Shown here: piece by piece, positions 37,880-50,419 of the stretch
Position numbering within the stretch: position 1 is the stretch's first letter
Layout: the number at the start of each line of letters is the position of its first letter
From: Mobula hypostoma
Taxonomy: Eukaryota
Reading direction: 5' to 3'
Assembly (NCBI RefSeq): GCF_963921235.1
Contig: NC_086097.1
Location: 248,560,001 to 248,624,000 of the forward strand
DNA length: 64,000 nucleotides
The notes under the pieces: model-generated
What the model was told of the DNA's origin: nothing
Seen by the model: only the letters and a program-made list of their open reading frames with translations
Database searches by the model: none
Program-made: the position numbers and the translations under genes

Positions 37880-40800
37880 TCAAATTTGGTCTGTGGTCAG
37901 GGACAGGAGGGTATGACTGCCGGAAAGGCGGGTGGTGGGATCTAAGCGACAGTGCTGGAGGAGCCTCAGATCTTGAGCTTGTCCAACAGGTCTGAGATTC
38001 TTGCTCTTGTGTGGATGAGAGTGGGGGCTCTAGGAAGGATAAGCAACCAAACTGTGGCACCGTAGTTCAGGGAGCCATTCTGGAGGGGGGAGAGAAGAGA
38101 AATGTAGTGGTAATTGGGGATAGTATAGTCAAAGCAATAGACAGATTTCTCTGTCATGAGGATAGAGCGTCACAGAGGCTGTGTTGACTGCATGGTGCCC
38201 AGGATCGGGGCATCTTACCGACATCAAGGCAGAATTTGACCGAGTATGGCATCAAGGTGCCCGAGCTGAAATGGAATCAGTGGGAATTACAGGGAAAAAC
38301 CGCCGCTGGTTGGAATCATACCTGGCACAAAGGAAGATAGTTGTGGTGGTTGGAGGTCAATCATCTCATCCTCAGAATGTCACTGCAGGAGTTCCTCAGG
38401 GAAGTGTCTTAGAACCACCATCTTCAGCTGCTTCATCAATGACCTTCCTTCTGACCATCAGCAGGTCAGAAGTGGGGATGTTCGTAGATGACTGTATAGT
38501 CGTGACTCCTCAGATAGTGAAGCAGTTCATACCCAAAGGCAGCAGAGCCTGGACAATATCCAGGCTTGAGCTGACAAGTGGCAAGTAACGCATGGGCCAC
38601 AAAAGTGCCAGGCAATGACTATCTCCAACAAGAGAGCCCCTAACCATCATCCCTTGACATTCAGTGGCATCAACATCCTGGGGGTTACCATTGACAGGAA
38701 ACTGAACTGAATTGAGCTAACCATATAAACACCGTGGCTACCAGAGCAGGTCAAAGGCTAGGAACCCTGCGGCACATAACTCACCCCCTGTCTCCCCAAA
38801 GCCTGTCCATCATCAACAAGGCTCAGGTCAGGAGTGTGATCTAGTACTTGCCACTTGCCTGGATGAGTGCATCTCTATCAACACTAATAAGCTTGACACC
38901 ATCCAGTCCAAAGCAGCCCACTTGATTGGTAACCCTTCGGCAAACATCCAATCCCTCCACCATCGACAAACAGTTGCAGCAGTGTGTACTATCTACAAAA
39001 TGCACTGCAACAAGATATCTAAGTTCCTCAGGCAGCACCTTCCAGACCCACAACCACTACCATTCAGAAGGACGAGAGCGCAGATACCTGGGAACACCAC
39101 CACTTGGAAATCCCCCTCCAAGTCACTCACCATCCTGACTTGGAAACATATCGCCGTTCTTTCATTGTCGCTGGGTCAAAATCATGGAATTCCCTCCCTG
39201 ACAGCACTGGATGTACCTACACCTCAGGGACTGCAGCGGATCAAAAAGGCAGCTCATCATCACCTTCTCAAGGGAAACTAGGGATGGGCAATAAATGATG
39301 ACTTAGCTGGCAACGCCCACATCCTGTAAATGAATAGATAAAAATAAGATAAAAACTTGCAGAGGAATTTGCAGTGGGAGGGGAAAGATGCAGTTGTCGT
39401 GGTCCATGTGGGTACCAACGAGATGTAGAATGAGGAAAAACGTTCTGCTGAGGGAATTTGAGCAGTTAGGGACTAAATTAAAAAGCAGAACCTAAAACGG
39501 ATGGTAATTTCTGGATTACTACCTGAGCCACGAGCAAGTTGGCATAGGGTCAAAAGATGAGAGAGTTAAATGTATGTCTCAAGGATTGGGGTGGGAGAAG
39601 TGGGTTTGAATTCATAGGAAATTGGCACCAGTATTGGGGAAGGAGGGAGCTGTTCCAGTGGGATAGGCTCCACCTGAACTATGATGGGACCTGGATCTTA
39701 GCGAATCACATAACTAGAGCTGTGGGTAGGGCTTTAAACCAAATAGCAGGGGGTGAGTTCAACCGATTGGAGAAGTATGGATAAAGTAAAAGAGAAACGT
39801 GTGGATAAAGATAAAGTAAAAGCAAAAGATAAAAAAGAGGAAAGTAAGAGGGGAGTGAAGAAAAGTCAAGTGTAAAAGAAAAAACGATTATAAGATTTTA
39901 AAAGCACAATGAGTGTAAGGGCATTTTATTTGAATGCCCATAGTATTTGAAACAAGGTCGGTGAACTTGTGCACAAATCAGTACAAAGAGGTATAATTTA
40001 GTGCCCGTTACAGAAATGTGGTTGCAGGGTAGAGAGCATTGGGAGTTAAATAGCCAAGGATATCAGGTTATACAGAACGATAGCAGGAAGGTAAGGGAGG
40101 TGGGGTAGCGCTCTGAATTAAGGATGAGATCAGGGCGACAGAGACGATCTAAGGAGCAGAATGTTGAATCCATCTGGGTAGAGGTTAGGAATAGTAAAGG
40201 GAAAAACCCAGTGGAGGGAGTTGTCTATCAGCCACCGAATAATAACTTTACAGTGGCACAGGCAATAAACAGAGAAATATCTGAGGCATGTAAGAATGGA
40301 ACAGCAGTTATCATGGGGGACTTTAACTTGCACATAAGATTGAGTGAATCAAGTTGGTCAAGGCAGTCTTGAGGAGGACTTCATAGAATGCATCCATGAT
40401 GGCTTTCTTCAACACCATGTTACTGAACCTACAAGGGAACGTGCCATCTTAGATCTGGTCCTCTGCAATGAGACAGATAAAATTAGTGATTTTGTAGTTA
40501 GGAATACTCTTGGAAAGAGTGATCACAGTATGATTGAGTTTCTCGTTAAAATGGAGGGTGCAGTAGTTTGATCTAAAGCCAGTGTATTAAACAATGGGAT
40601 AAGGGAGGATTTGGGAGTGCTTGTGCATGAATCACAAAAGGTTGGTTTGCAGGTGCAGCAGGTTATCAAGAAGGCAAATGAAATGTTGGCCTTCATTGCT
40701 AGAGGGATTGAATTTAAGAGCAGGAGGTTATGCTGCAACTGTACATGGTACTGGTGAGGCTGCACCTGGAGTACTGCATGCAGTTCTGGTCTCCTTGCTT

Positions 40801-41325
40801 GAGGAAGGATATACTGGTTTTGGAGGTAATGCAGAGGAGATTAACCAGGTTGATTCCAGAGATGAGGGGGTTAAACTATGAAGAGAGATTGAGTCACCTG
40901 GGACTATACTCGTCCCAGGAATTCAGAAGAATGAGAAGAGATCTTATATAAGCATATAAAATTATGAAAGGGTTAGATAAGATAGAGGCAGGGAAGTTGT
41001 TTCCACTGGCAGGTGAGACTAGAACTAGGGTACATAGCCTCAAGATTTGGGGAGTACATTTAGGACGGAGATGAGGAGGAACTGCTTTTCCCAGAGAGTG
41101 GTGAATCTGTGGAATTTTCTGCCCAATGAAGCAGTGGAGGTAACCTGAGTAAATATGTTTAAGCCAAGCTTGGATAGATTTTTGCATAGTGGGGGAATTA
41201 AGGGTTCTGGGGAAAAGGCAGGTAGGTGGAGATGAGTCCGTGGCCAGATCAGCCATGATCTTATTGAATGGCGGAGCAGGTTCAACGGGCCAGATGGCCG
41301 ACTCCTATTTCTTATGTTCTTATGG
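37880..41325 (+). mobile_element. CR1 with SGNH-esterase ORF1, endonuclease start and 3' end (large internal deletion), interrupted at about 38219-39345
   Basis: VVVIGDSIV (GDSL-like block), VVVHVGTN, FQWDRLHLN; YQPPN...IMGDFN endonuclease motifs; LVRLHLEYCMQFWSP. Confidence 0.85.
38219..39345 (+). mobile_element. Second CR1/L2-type LINE family (5'-truncated) nested in CR1 ORF1
   Basis: DIKAEFDRVWHQG...AGVPQGSVL; tail caccttctcaagggaaactagggatgggcaataaatg...cgcccacatcc followed by an A-rich end. Confidence 0.8.
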
Positions 41326-43069
41326 AAAATACAAAGTAACAGGCAAATTTATATAATTTTAAAAAGCTATTTAAGAGTTTTAGACCGTAAGACATGGGAG
41401 CAGAATTAGGTCATTTGGCCCATCATGTTTGCTCCATCATTTGATCATGACTGATCTATTTCTCTCTCCACCCCATTCTCCTGCCTTCTCCTCTAACTGT
41501 TTGCACCCTGACCTATCAACCTCTGCCTTAGATACACCCACAGCTGCCCGTGGCAATGAATTCCATGGATTCAGCACCCTCTAGCTGAAGAAATTCCTCC
41601 ACATTTCTGTTCTAACTGGATGTCCCTCTATTCTGAGTTTGTGCCCTCTGGTCTGGACTCCCCACCTTAGGAAACATCCTCTCCACATCCACCCTATCTA
41701 AGCCTTTCGATATTCAATAGATTTCAATGAGCTCATTCTTCTGAATTCCAATGAGCACAGGCCCAGGTCCATCAGTTGCTCCTCATGACAAGCCTTACAA
41801 TCATGGAATCACTTTTGTGAGCATCCTTCGAACTCTGTCCAACGTCAGCATATCCCTTCTTAGATAAGGGGCCCAAAACTGCTCATAATACGCAGTGAAG
41901 TCTGTCCCCTGTGCTTTATACAGTCTCAGCATGGGTGCTTTTGCGGTTTCTGTAGCCACTATTTTATCAGATGAGAGGACGTTGATTCTATGTGTGAAGG
42001 AGGTCCTTGACGTCCTTTCTATGGTTGAGGGCTGCCACACATAGCCAGAACTTAAAAAATCCTAGCAGAGTATCAACATGCAATTTGATAAGAGACTCAG
42101 ATTGAGTGGACAGCCAGAAGCTTTTTCCCAGGATGACAATGGCTAGTACCAAGGGGCATCATTTTAAGGTGATTGAAAGAAAGTATAAGGGGGATGTCAG
42201 AGTGGTGAGTGTGTGGAATATGCTGTCAGAGGTGGTGGCAGAGGCAGCTACATTTATTATTTAAGGGACTCGTAGTCACATTGATAATAGTGAAATGGAG
42301 GGTTATGTGCGATGGCTGGGTTCTTAGAGTAGGTTCAAAGGCAACACAAAGGACCTACACTGTACTGTGGTGTTCTATGAATAATTCATAGTTATTCCTA
42401 AACTTGGTCTGGAGGACTGTGACAATAAAACATAGAAAACTACAGCACAATACAGGCCCTTCGACCCACAATGCTGTGCCAAACATTTACTTACTTTAGA
42501 AATTACCTAGGGTTGCCCATAGCCCTCTTATTTTTCTGAGCTCCATGTACCTGTCCAGGAGCCTCTTAAAAGACCCTATTGTATCTGCCTCCACCACCAT
42601 CGCCGGCAGCCCATTCCACGCACTCACAACTCTGCGTTCAGAGAGGGTTGTGAATTTCTCTCACTATAACCTGCCTGCTGACCCAGCAGAATAACTTGCT
42701 CAGCACGGGCTTGTGCAGGTAGAGGTTCTGATTAAATCAACTATCTGAAATGGTGTTTTAAATTGGACTCCACATGGGACGACTTTAATACATTAATTAG
42801 GAGCATGTGCTTAGGATCAGAGGTGAAAAGACAGAACACTAAACTACAGACATTCCAATAAGTCAGCTTTCACATAGTTACCCCATTATATATGGACCAT
42901 GGGTTTTTAAATTGGTCTGTGGATAAATATCCTCTAAGTAGAATGTTCCTTGTATTCCTGTTTTCAGATTTAGATCTCATCAGATTCAAAGTCAGATAAA
43001 TAAATATCCCTTTGTTATTGACTTAGCACCATTTTCTGAATTCCTATTTTCCTTTAGTTTTACTTTAGA

Positions 43070-45145
43070 CAATAAGACCATAAGACATAGGAGCAGAAGG
43101 AACAGAATTAGACTGCTCCACCATTTGATCATGGCTGATTTATTGCCCCTCTTGCCCCCGTTCTCTTCCCTTCTCCCTGTAACCTGTGATGCTGTGGCTA
43201 ATCAAGAACCCATCAACCTCTGCTTTAGATTTTCCCAATGACTTGGCCTCCACAGCCATCTGTGACAGTGAATTCCACAGATTCACCACTCTCCAGCTAA
43301 AGAAGTTCCTCCTCCTCAATGTTCTATGCATGGACAGAGTGGATGTGGCAAAGTTGTTTCCCATGATGGGGGAGTCTAGTACGAGAGGGCATGACTTAAG
43401 GATTGAAGGGCGCCCATTCAGAACAGAAATACGAAGAAATTTTTTTAGTCAGAGGGTGGTGAATCTATGGAATTTGTTGCCACTGGCTTCAGTGGAGGCC
43501 AAGTCATTGGGTGTATTTAAGGCAGAGATTGATAGGTATCTGAGTAGCCAGGGCATCAAAGGTTATGGTGAGAAGGTGGGGGAATGGGACTAAATGGGAG
43601 AATGGATCAGCTCATGATAAAATGGCGGAGTAGACTCGATGGGCTGAATGGCCAACTTCTGCTCCTTTGTCTTATGGTCTTCTAAATAGACATCCTTCAA
43701 TTCTGAGGTTCTGCCCTCTTGTCCTAGACTCCCCTACTATAGGAAAAATTTGCTCCATATCCACTCTGTATAGGCCTTTCAATATTTGATAAGTTTCAAT
43801 GATTTCACTGCCCCATTTTTTCTAAACTCCAGCAAGCACTAGCCTAGAGTCATCAAACACCCCTCTACATTAGCCCTGTCATTCCTGGAATCATTCTCAT
43901 GTACCTCCTCTCAACCCTCTCCAATCCCAGCACATCTTTTCTTAGATAACGGGCCCAACACTGCTCACAATACTCCAAGTGTGGTTTGACCAACGCCTTA
44001 TAAAGCCTCAGCATTACATCCTTGCTTTTATATTCAAGTCCTTTCAATCCTAGCATTGCACTTTCCGTCCTTACCACTGACTTAACCTGCAAGCTACCTT
44101 TTGGGGAATCCTGCACAAGGACTCCCAAGTCCCTTTGCACTTCAGATTTTTGAATATTCTCCCCATTTAGAAAATAATTTGTCTTTATTCCTTCTACCAA
44201 AGTGTATGACAATACACTTCCCCACACTATATTCCATCTGCCACTTCTTTGTCCATTCTCCCAACCTGTTTAAGTCCTCCTGCAGATCCCTGCTTCCTCA
44301 ATACTACCCGCACCTCCAACTATTGTATCGTCTGCAAAGTTTAATACAAAGCCAAACCCTCTCTCTGCACTAATCCTAACCTCACCATCAAATCTGCAGA
44401 AAATGTTGCGGGGGGGGGGGAGGGTGGTTGCTGCAGTAGTCTGGCGGACTGACTCTGTCGTCCAAATCATTTACACATAACATGATAGGAATTGGCCCCA
44501 ACATCTACCCTGTGGAACACCACTCGTCACTGCCAGCTAACGAGAAAGGCCCCTTTTAATCCCACTCTTTGCCTCCTAGTCAGCAAATTTTCTATCCATG
44601 TTAGTATCTTCCCTATAACACCGTGGGTGCTTAACTTGTTAAAGAGCCTCATATGTGGCAACTTGTTAGAGGCCTTCTGAAAAAACAAGTAAACAACATC
44701 CACTGACTCTCCTTTGTCTAACCTGCCTGTTAGTTCCTCAATGATCTCTAACAGATTTGTCAGGCAAGTTATCCCCTTAAGGACTTTGGCCTGTGCCTGT
44801 TTTATCACGTGCCTCTAATGACCCTGAAACCTCCTGAAAAAGGGTCTTGGCTTGAAATGTCGACTGTTTACTCTTTTCCATTGATGCTGCCTGGTCTGTT
44901 GAGTTCCCCAGCATTTTGTGTGTGATGCCTTAATAATGGACTCTAACATGTTACCAAGTCCTGAAGTCTGACTAACTGACACGAGGACTCCCAAGTCTCC
45001 TTGCACCTTTGAGTTTTAAATATTCTCTTCTTTTAGAAAGTAGTCTACACCATTGTTCCTTCTACCAGAATGTTTGACCGTACACGTCTCTACACTGTAC
45101 TCCAACTGCCTCTTTGCCCATTCTCCCAATCTGCCTAATTTCTCC
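43070..45145 (-). mobile_element. Composite minus-strand CR1 block with a nested plus-strand CR1 (about 43328-43680) and a PLE fragment (about 44828-44922)
   Basis: Multiple CR1 ORF2 motifs ([21 protein letters not shown]...VDVVY). Confidence 0.8.
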
Positions 45146-45406
45146 TTTTTCTCTTCAGATTCTGATCTCTTCTTCCAACTCAGGTCGATAAAAAATCTGG
45201 CCTAGCAGCACTTTTGAATTCCTATTCTCCTTTAGTTTTGTAGCTACATAAGTGTTATAGAGCTTATGTCATATTTGTCAAGTCGATATTGGAGTGTCTG
45301 GTTTGGTTTATTGTTTGACTGACTCAGACCTGTGGGCAGTGGGAAGAGTATTGGACACTTTACCTACATCTGTTCTAAGCAGTCTTGTGCCACTTTGAAA
45401 TTCTAG

Positions 45407-45493
45407 GTAACTCTGGATTACAGACCTGTAATCGATACAACATTGGATGCAGAAGAATGTGCCTCAGTTCCACCAGCAATACGTTCTTATTAG
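45407..45493 (+). CDS. sdha: SDHA terminal coding exon (exon 15 equivalent) ending at TAG
   Basis: tag|GTAACT...TATTAG; VTLDYRPVIDTTLDAEECASVPPAIRSY*, the conserved SDHA C-terminus. Confidence 0.96.
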   Translation, partial: VTLDYRPVIDTTLDAEECASVPPAIRSY

Positions 45494-45534
45494 CACAACT
45501 CCATTGCTGTCTCCATTGCAGACTGCATTAGCGT

Positions 45535-45963
45535 AATAAAATGAGCTACCTTGTTTATGTATTTAATGAAATTGTATGTAAATTGTTTGAGCAAAATATG
45601 ATCCCATCTGAACTATTCTCAGTTTCTAATTGTATCTTGGTGGCGGCTTCATTGTGCGTTCAATTAAAAAGAATAGTTATGTTGCAACATAATCGACCTG
45701 TGTTCCGGAGCTTGTAAAATTTTATCTCTGAATAATTTTTCTATTGATGATGAAGTTTCACAATGAATCCAGTTATGTGGGCCATCTTCCTCCGTGTCCA
45801 AGTACGGATGAACCATATCCGTGTAGCAGCCTTTTGAGAGAACTGTGGAGCAATGCTTTATCAATGGCTTGGTTGGTTTATCATTGTAAAAACTAGAACG
45901 TCCAAATAAATATACCGATATATACATTCTAAATGAAGTAGGGCATTCTGCATTTTGAATAAA
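45535..45963 (+). terminator. sdha 3' UTR with candidate polyadenylation signals
   Basis: AATAAA at 45535-45540, 45905-45910 and 45958-45963, plus ATTAAA at 45663-45668. The first and last are followed by U/GU-rich sequence. TE-free until about 46010. Confidence 0.7.
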
Positions 45964-46013
45964 GCAAATGAAGTATTTGTATTGTTGATCTGCCTGAGAC
46001 ATTTTCTTAACTA

Positions 46014-46140
46014 CACTCCATGGCCGCTTTATTAGGTCCAGGAGTGGAACCTGGTGCGGTCTTCTGCTGCTGTACCCATCCACATGAAGGTTTGGCATGT
46101 TGTGCATTCAGAGATGCTCTTCTATGTACCACTATTGTAT
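46014..46140 (-). mobile_element. Tc1-like terminus (same family as 30218)
   Basis: TA|cactccatggccgctttattaggt TIR. A matching opposite TIR remnant aaagtggctactgagtg lies at about 50399-50415. Confidence 0.65.
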
Positions 46141-46146
46141 GGTTAG

Positions 46147-49100
46147 TCATAGACCACTACAGCACAGAAACATTTACTCCGTGCCAAACCATTAATCTAC
46201 CTCGTTCCCTTTACCTGCACCTGGACCATAGCCCTCCAAATCCCTCCCATCCATGTAGTTTAAATTTCTAAATCAACCCGTATTCACCACTTGCACTGGC
46301 AACTCATTACACACTCTCACCACCCTCTGAGTGAAGAAGTTCCCCTTAAACATTTCACCCTTAACCCATGATCTCTGGTTGCAGTCCCACCCAACCTCAG
46401 TGGAAAAAGCCTGTTTGCATTTACCCTATCTGTATACCTCAATAAAATCTCCCCTCAACCTTCTGCTAACATATTCAATTTTTCCCTATAACTCTGGCAA
46501 CATCCTTGTAAATTGTTTCTGCATTATTTTAACCTTACATCTTTTGTGCAGGTTGGTGACCAAAACTACACACAATTCTCCAAATTAGTCTCACCAACAT
46601 CTTTTCAACTTGACATCCCAGCTCCTATACTCAAAACATTGATTATGAAGGCCATTGTGCCAAGAGCTTTCTTTATGAACCCTACAAAATGCTGGAAGAA
46701 CTCAGCAGGACAGGCAGCATCTATGGAAATTAATAAACAGTTGACATTTTGAGCCAAGGTCAGAGTAAGAAGGTGGCGGGAGGGGTGAAAGAAGTGCAAG
46801 GTGGTAAGTGTCAGGTGAAACCAGGGGAGGGGGTGAAGTAAAGAGCTGGGAAGTTGATTGGTGAAAGAGATAAAGGGCTGGAGGAGAGAGTAGAAGATCC
46901 TGGAAGAAAGAGGAGGAGGAGGAGCTCCAGAGGGAGGTGATGGGCAGGTTGGGAGAGGGGGGGCGTGGACAATTACCAGAAGTTTGAGAAGTCAATGTTC
47001 AATCCATCAGGTTTGAGACTACCCAGATGGAATATAAGGTGTTGCTCCTCCAACCTGAGTGTGACCTCATCAGGACAGTAGAAGAGGCCGTGGACTGAGG
47101 TTATGAAATGGGATGGGAAGTGAGATAAAATGGTGGCTACTGGGATATCCTGTAGGAGGTAAAATCGGGAGGTGCGAGGTAAAGGAATTTGAGGTTGTTG
47201 GTGGATGGGATATCCCTGGAGCAAAAAGGTTGGCGGGGTGCAAGAGACAATGGCCCGGTGCTCCTTAGAGGGGATTTGTTTGCCTGTTCGAGGGGCAGGT
47301 GGTAGGTGGTGTCTGAGAGTTGTTGCCTGGCCTCGATAAGCTAGAGCTCAGTCTGCCAGACTACTACAGCACTCACTTCATCTGCGGGTTTGATGGTGAG
47401 GCTAGGGTTAGTGCGGAGGGAGCGGAGAGCGTTCAGAAGGAGTGAGGCTGGAATTGAAGAGAGGAGTGGTACAGTCGAGATAGTTGATGTCTTGTCAGCA
47501 GTTAGCAACAAAAAGATTCAGAGTGGGGTGAGCGAGAAGAGGAGGGAGGTTGATTAGGGGTCATTGGTGCAGGTTGAGAAGTCCTTGCCAATAATGTAGG
47601 CACAGAGGCGGCGGAAGAAGAGCTCGGTGTCATGGTAGGCAAGGAAATCACTGAGGTATGGGCACAGGGGGCAAAGATGAGGCTTTTACTGAGGACAGAA
47701 TATTCTGCCTCAGCGAGGGGAATGTCACAAGGAATTGTGAAGACAGCACAGATGAGAGCTGGGATCAGAGCGGTGGGGGGGAGGGAAGAATCTGAGGAGA
47801 GGAGACGGGAGGGTTGGGGTGTTCAGGGGAGGTGGATTGGGAGGAAGATGGAGCCTCTGAAACTCAAGGGCTGATGGTGGGACCTGAGAGACACGGGATT
47901 GCAGAGGGTGGTGGAAGAAGAGGAGACTGGGGTTCCAGCGGCAGCACGTAAAGTCTTGGCCTGGAGGTGCTGTCGTCAAGGCCCAGGCTGGAGTCAGAGT
48001 TGGAGGTTGTACAATGGGCACTTCAGAGGTGTCCAGGATCGTTGGAACTCGCATTGATGGCAGTGGAATGTGGGTTCGGAATCTGCTCGGGATTGTTAAA
48101 ACCGTCAAAGTCTGCAGCAGATTCAGCGGTCTGCAGACGGGCGACCTTCCGTTCCTTGCTGGACATGAGAAAGGTGAAGAACCAGTGATTGAAAGCATGG
48201 ATGTAGCAGAAGATAAAGTGTCAGAGAGGTCCATTGCAGGTGGCGGAGAGAGAATCTCGGAGTTGTGGAAGCGACTGGAATATGGACACCAGATATCTCC
48301 AGCGGAAAGTGTGGCGCGTAGAACGCAGTGGGAGAAGCAGCCATTTGAATGTGAGTACGTGGAGTCCTCAGAGGCTCCAAATAGAGAAGTTTTAAACAGA
48401 TCTGGAAGCCACGTGGCACAAGATGGCAGCGAAGACGTGTTCCCAGGAAGGATATATGGCTGTGGTTGCAGGTCTGGGTGAGCATGTGGTGAAAAGTCAG
48501 AGAGCAGCAGGGATCACAGAGGGGGAGCAGTAAGAGAGGGTTTCACTGAACTCCCGTTGAAGAGAGAATTTAAACTTCTTCAGGGCAGGCATCCCTTGAA
48601 GAGACTTTGCAGTGTAAAAGTAGAATCACAAACACGAGAAATCTGCAGATTTTCTCGTGTTTGTGTCTTTATGACCCTATCTACCTGTGACTCCGTTTTC
48701 AAGGAATTATGGATCTGTATTCCCAGATCCCTCTGCCCTTTCACACTCTGCAGTGTGCTACTGTTCACTGTGTAGACATACCCTGGTTGATCCTCCCAAA
48801 GCGCAACACCTCACACTTAAATTCCATCTAATTTTCAACCCACTTTTTCCAGCTGGTCCAGATCCTGCTGCAAGCCATGGTAGTCTTGCTCACTGTCCAC
48901 TACACCTCCCAGTCCTGGTGTTGTCCACAAATTGGCTAATCCAGTTAACCACATTATCATCCAGATCATTGATATAGATGACAAACAATAATGGACCCAG
49001 CACTGATCTCTGTGGCACACCACTAGTCACAGACCTCCAATCAGAGAGGCAACCATCTACTACCACTCACTGGCTTCTTCCACAAAGCCAATGTCTAATC

Positions 49101-49212
49101 CAGTTAACTACCTCTTCTTGACTGCCAAGCGATTGAACCTTCTTGACCAACCTCCCATGCGGGACCTTGTCAAATGCCTTGCAAAAGTCTATGTAGACAA
49201 CATCCACTGCCT
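46147..49212 (-). mobile_element. CR1 LINE split by a PLE insertion
   Basis: VDVVYIDFCKAFDKVPHGRL (49067-49261) and a 3' part at 46147-46684; imperfect TSD ctttatga(a)cccta at 46671-46684 and 48667-48679. Confidence 0.87.
46685..48665 (-). mobile_element. Near 5'-complete but internally deleted Penelope-like element
   Basis: 5' UTR, N-terminal ORF region (HSHISFLGT.LRCHLVPRGFQI), PRTSRFYLL fused directly to QDIPVAT.., LRLEEQHLIFHLGSLKPDGLNIDF and the terminal repeat. Confidence 0.82.
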
Positions 49213-49214
49213 TC

Positions 49215-49660
49215 ATAGGCTTTTGGCTTTGGCTCAACAGGGCTTTGGCGAGAACAGGCAAGGTAAGTAGGTAAGTCCACTCCTTAGTTCTTAATTAAAT
49301 CTTGAGAGAATAGGGGGTATGTCTACAGAGCCAGTGTTCTGTTCTGGGTGTCAGATGTGGGATTTCCAGAAGACTTCCGCCCTTCCCAATAGCCACATCT
49401 GCACCAGGTGCATCAAGATGCAGCTCCTTAGGGAATGTGTTAAGGAACTGGAGCTGCAGCTCGATGACCTTGGGCTTGTTAGGGAAAGTGAGGATGTGAT
49501 AGACAGGAGGTACAGGGAGGTAGTCACCCCAAGGCCACAGGAGACAGATAAACGGGTGACTGTCAGGAGAGGGAACGGAGAACGTCAGATAGTGGAAAAC
49601 ACCCCTGTGGTTGTTCCCCTCAACAATAAGTGCTCCATTTTGAGTACTGTTGGGGGGAGA
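49215..49660 (+). mobile_element. CR1 ORF1 N-terminal fragment
   Basis: PVFCSGCQMWD...HICTRCIKMQLLRECVKELELQLDDL. Confidence 0.8.
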
Positions 49661-50419
49661 TGATTCCATGGCCAGATCACCATGATCTTATTGAATGGTA
49701 GAGTAGGCTCGATGGGTCAGATGGCCGACTCCTGCTCCAAAGTAACAGGCAAATTTACAAAAGTTATAAAAGCTATTTGAGGGGCTTAGACCATAAGACA
49801 TAGGAGCAGAATTAGGCCGTTTGGCTCATCATGCCTGCTCCATCATTTGATCATGGCTGATCTATTTCTCTCTCAACCCCGTTCTCCTTCCTTCTCCTCC
49901 GACTGTTTGCACCCTGACCTATCAACCTCTGGTGCTCCTCCTCCTTCCCTCTGCTTTAAATATACATAAAGACTTGGCCTCCACAGCTGCCTGTCGCAAT
50001 GATTTCCACAGATTCATCACTCCCTAGCTAAAGAAATTCCTCCTCATCTTCATTCTAAAAGATGCCTCTCTATTCTGAGGCTGTGCCCTCTGGTCCTAGA
50101 CTTTCCCACCTTAGGAAATATCCTCTCCACATCAAGGCCTTTCACCATTCGATAGGTTTCAATGAGGTCACCCCTCATTCTTCTGAATTCTAAAGAATGC
50201 AGCCCCAGAGCCATCAAACACTCTTCATATGACAAGCCATTCAATCCTGGAGTAATTTTCATGAACCTCCTTTGAACCCTTTCCAGTTTCAGCACATCCT
50301 ATCTAAGGTAAGGGGCCCAAAACTGTTCACAATACTCCAAATGAGGCCTCACCAGTGCTGTATAAAGTCTCAACATCACATCATGGCTTTTAATCCTCAA
50401 AGTGGCTACTGAGTGTGTA

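Noticed and set aside
47632..48485. Long overlapping ORFs (155-169 aa) as a novel gene
   Set aside because: They are frames of the decayed PLE N-terminal region and its antisense; no splice structure or host-protein similarity was recognised.
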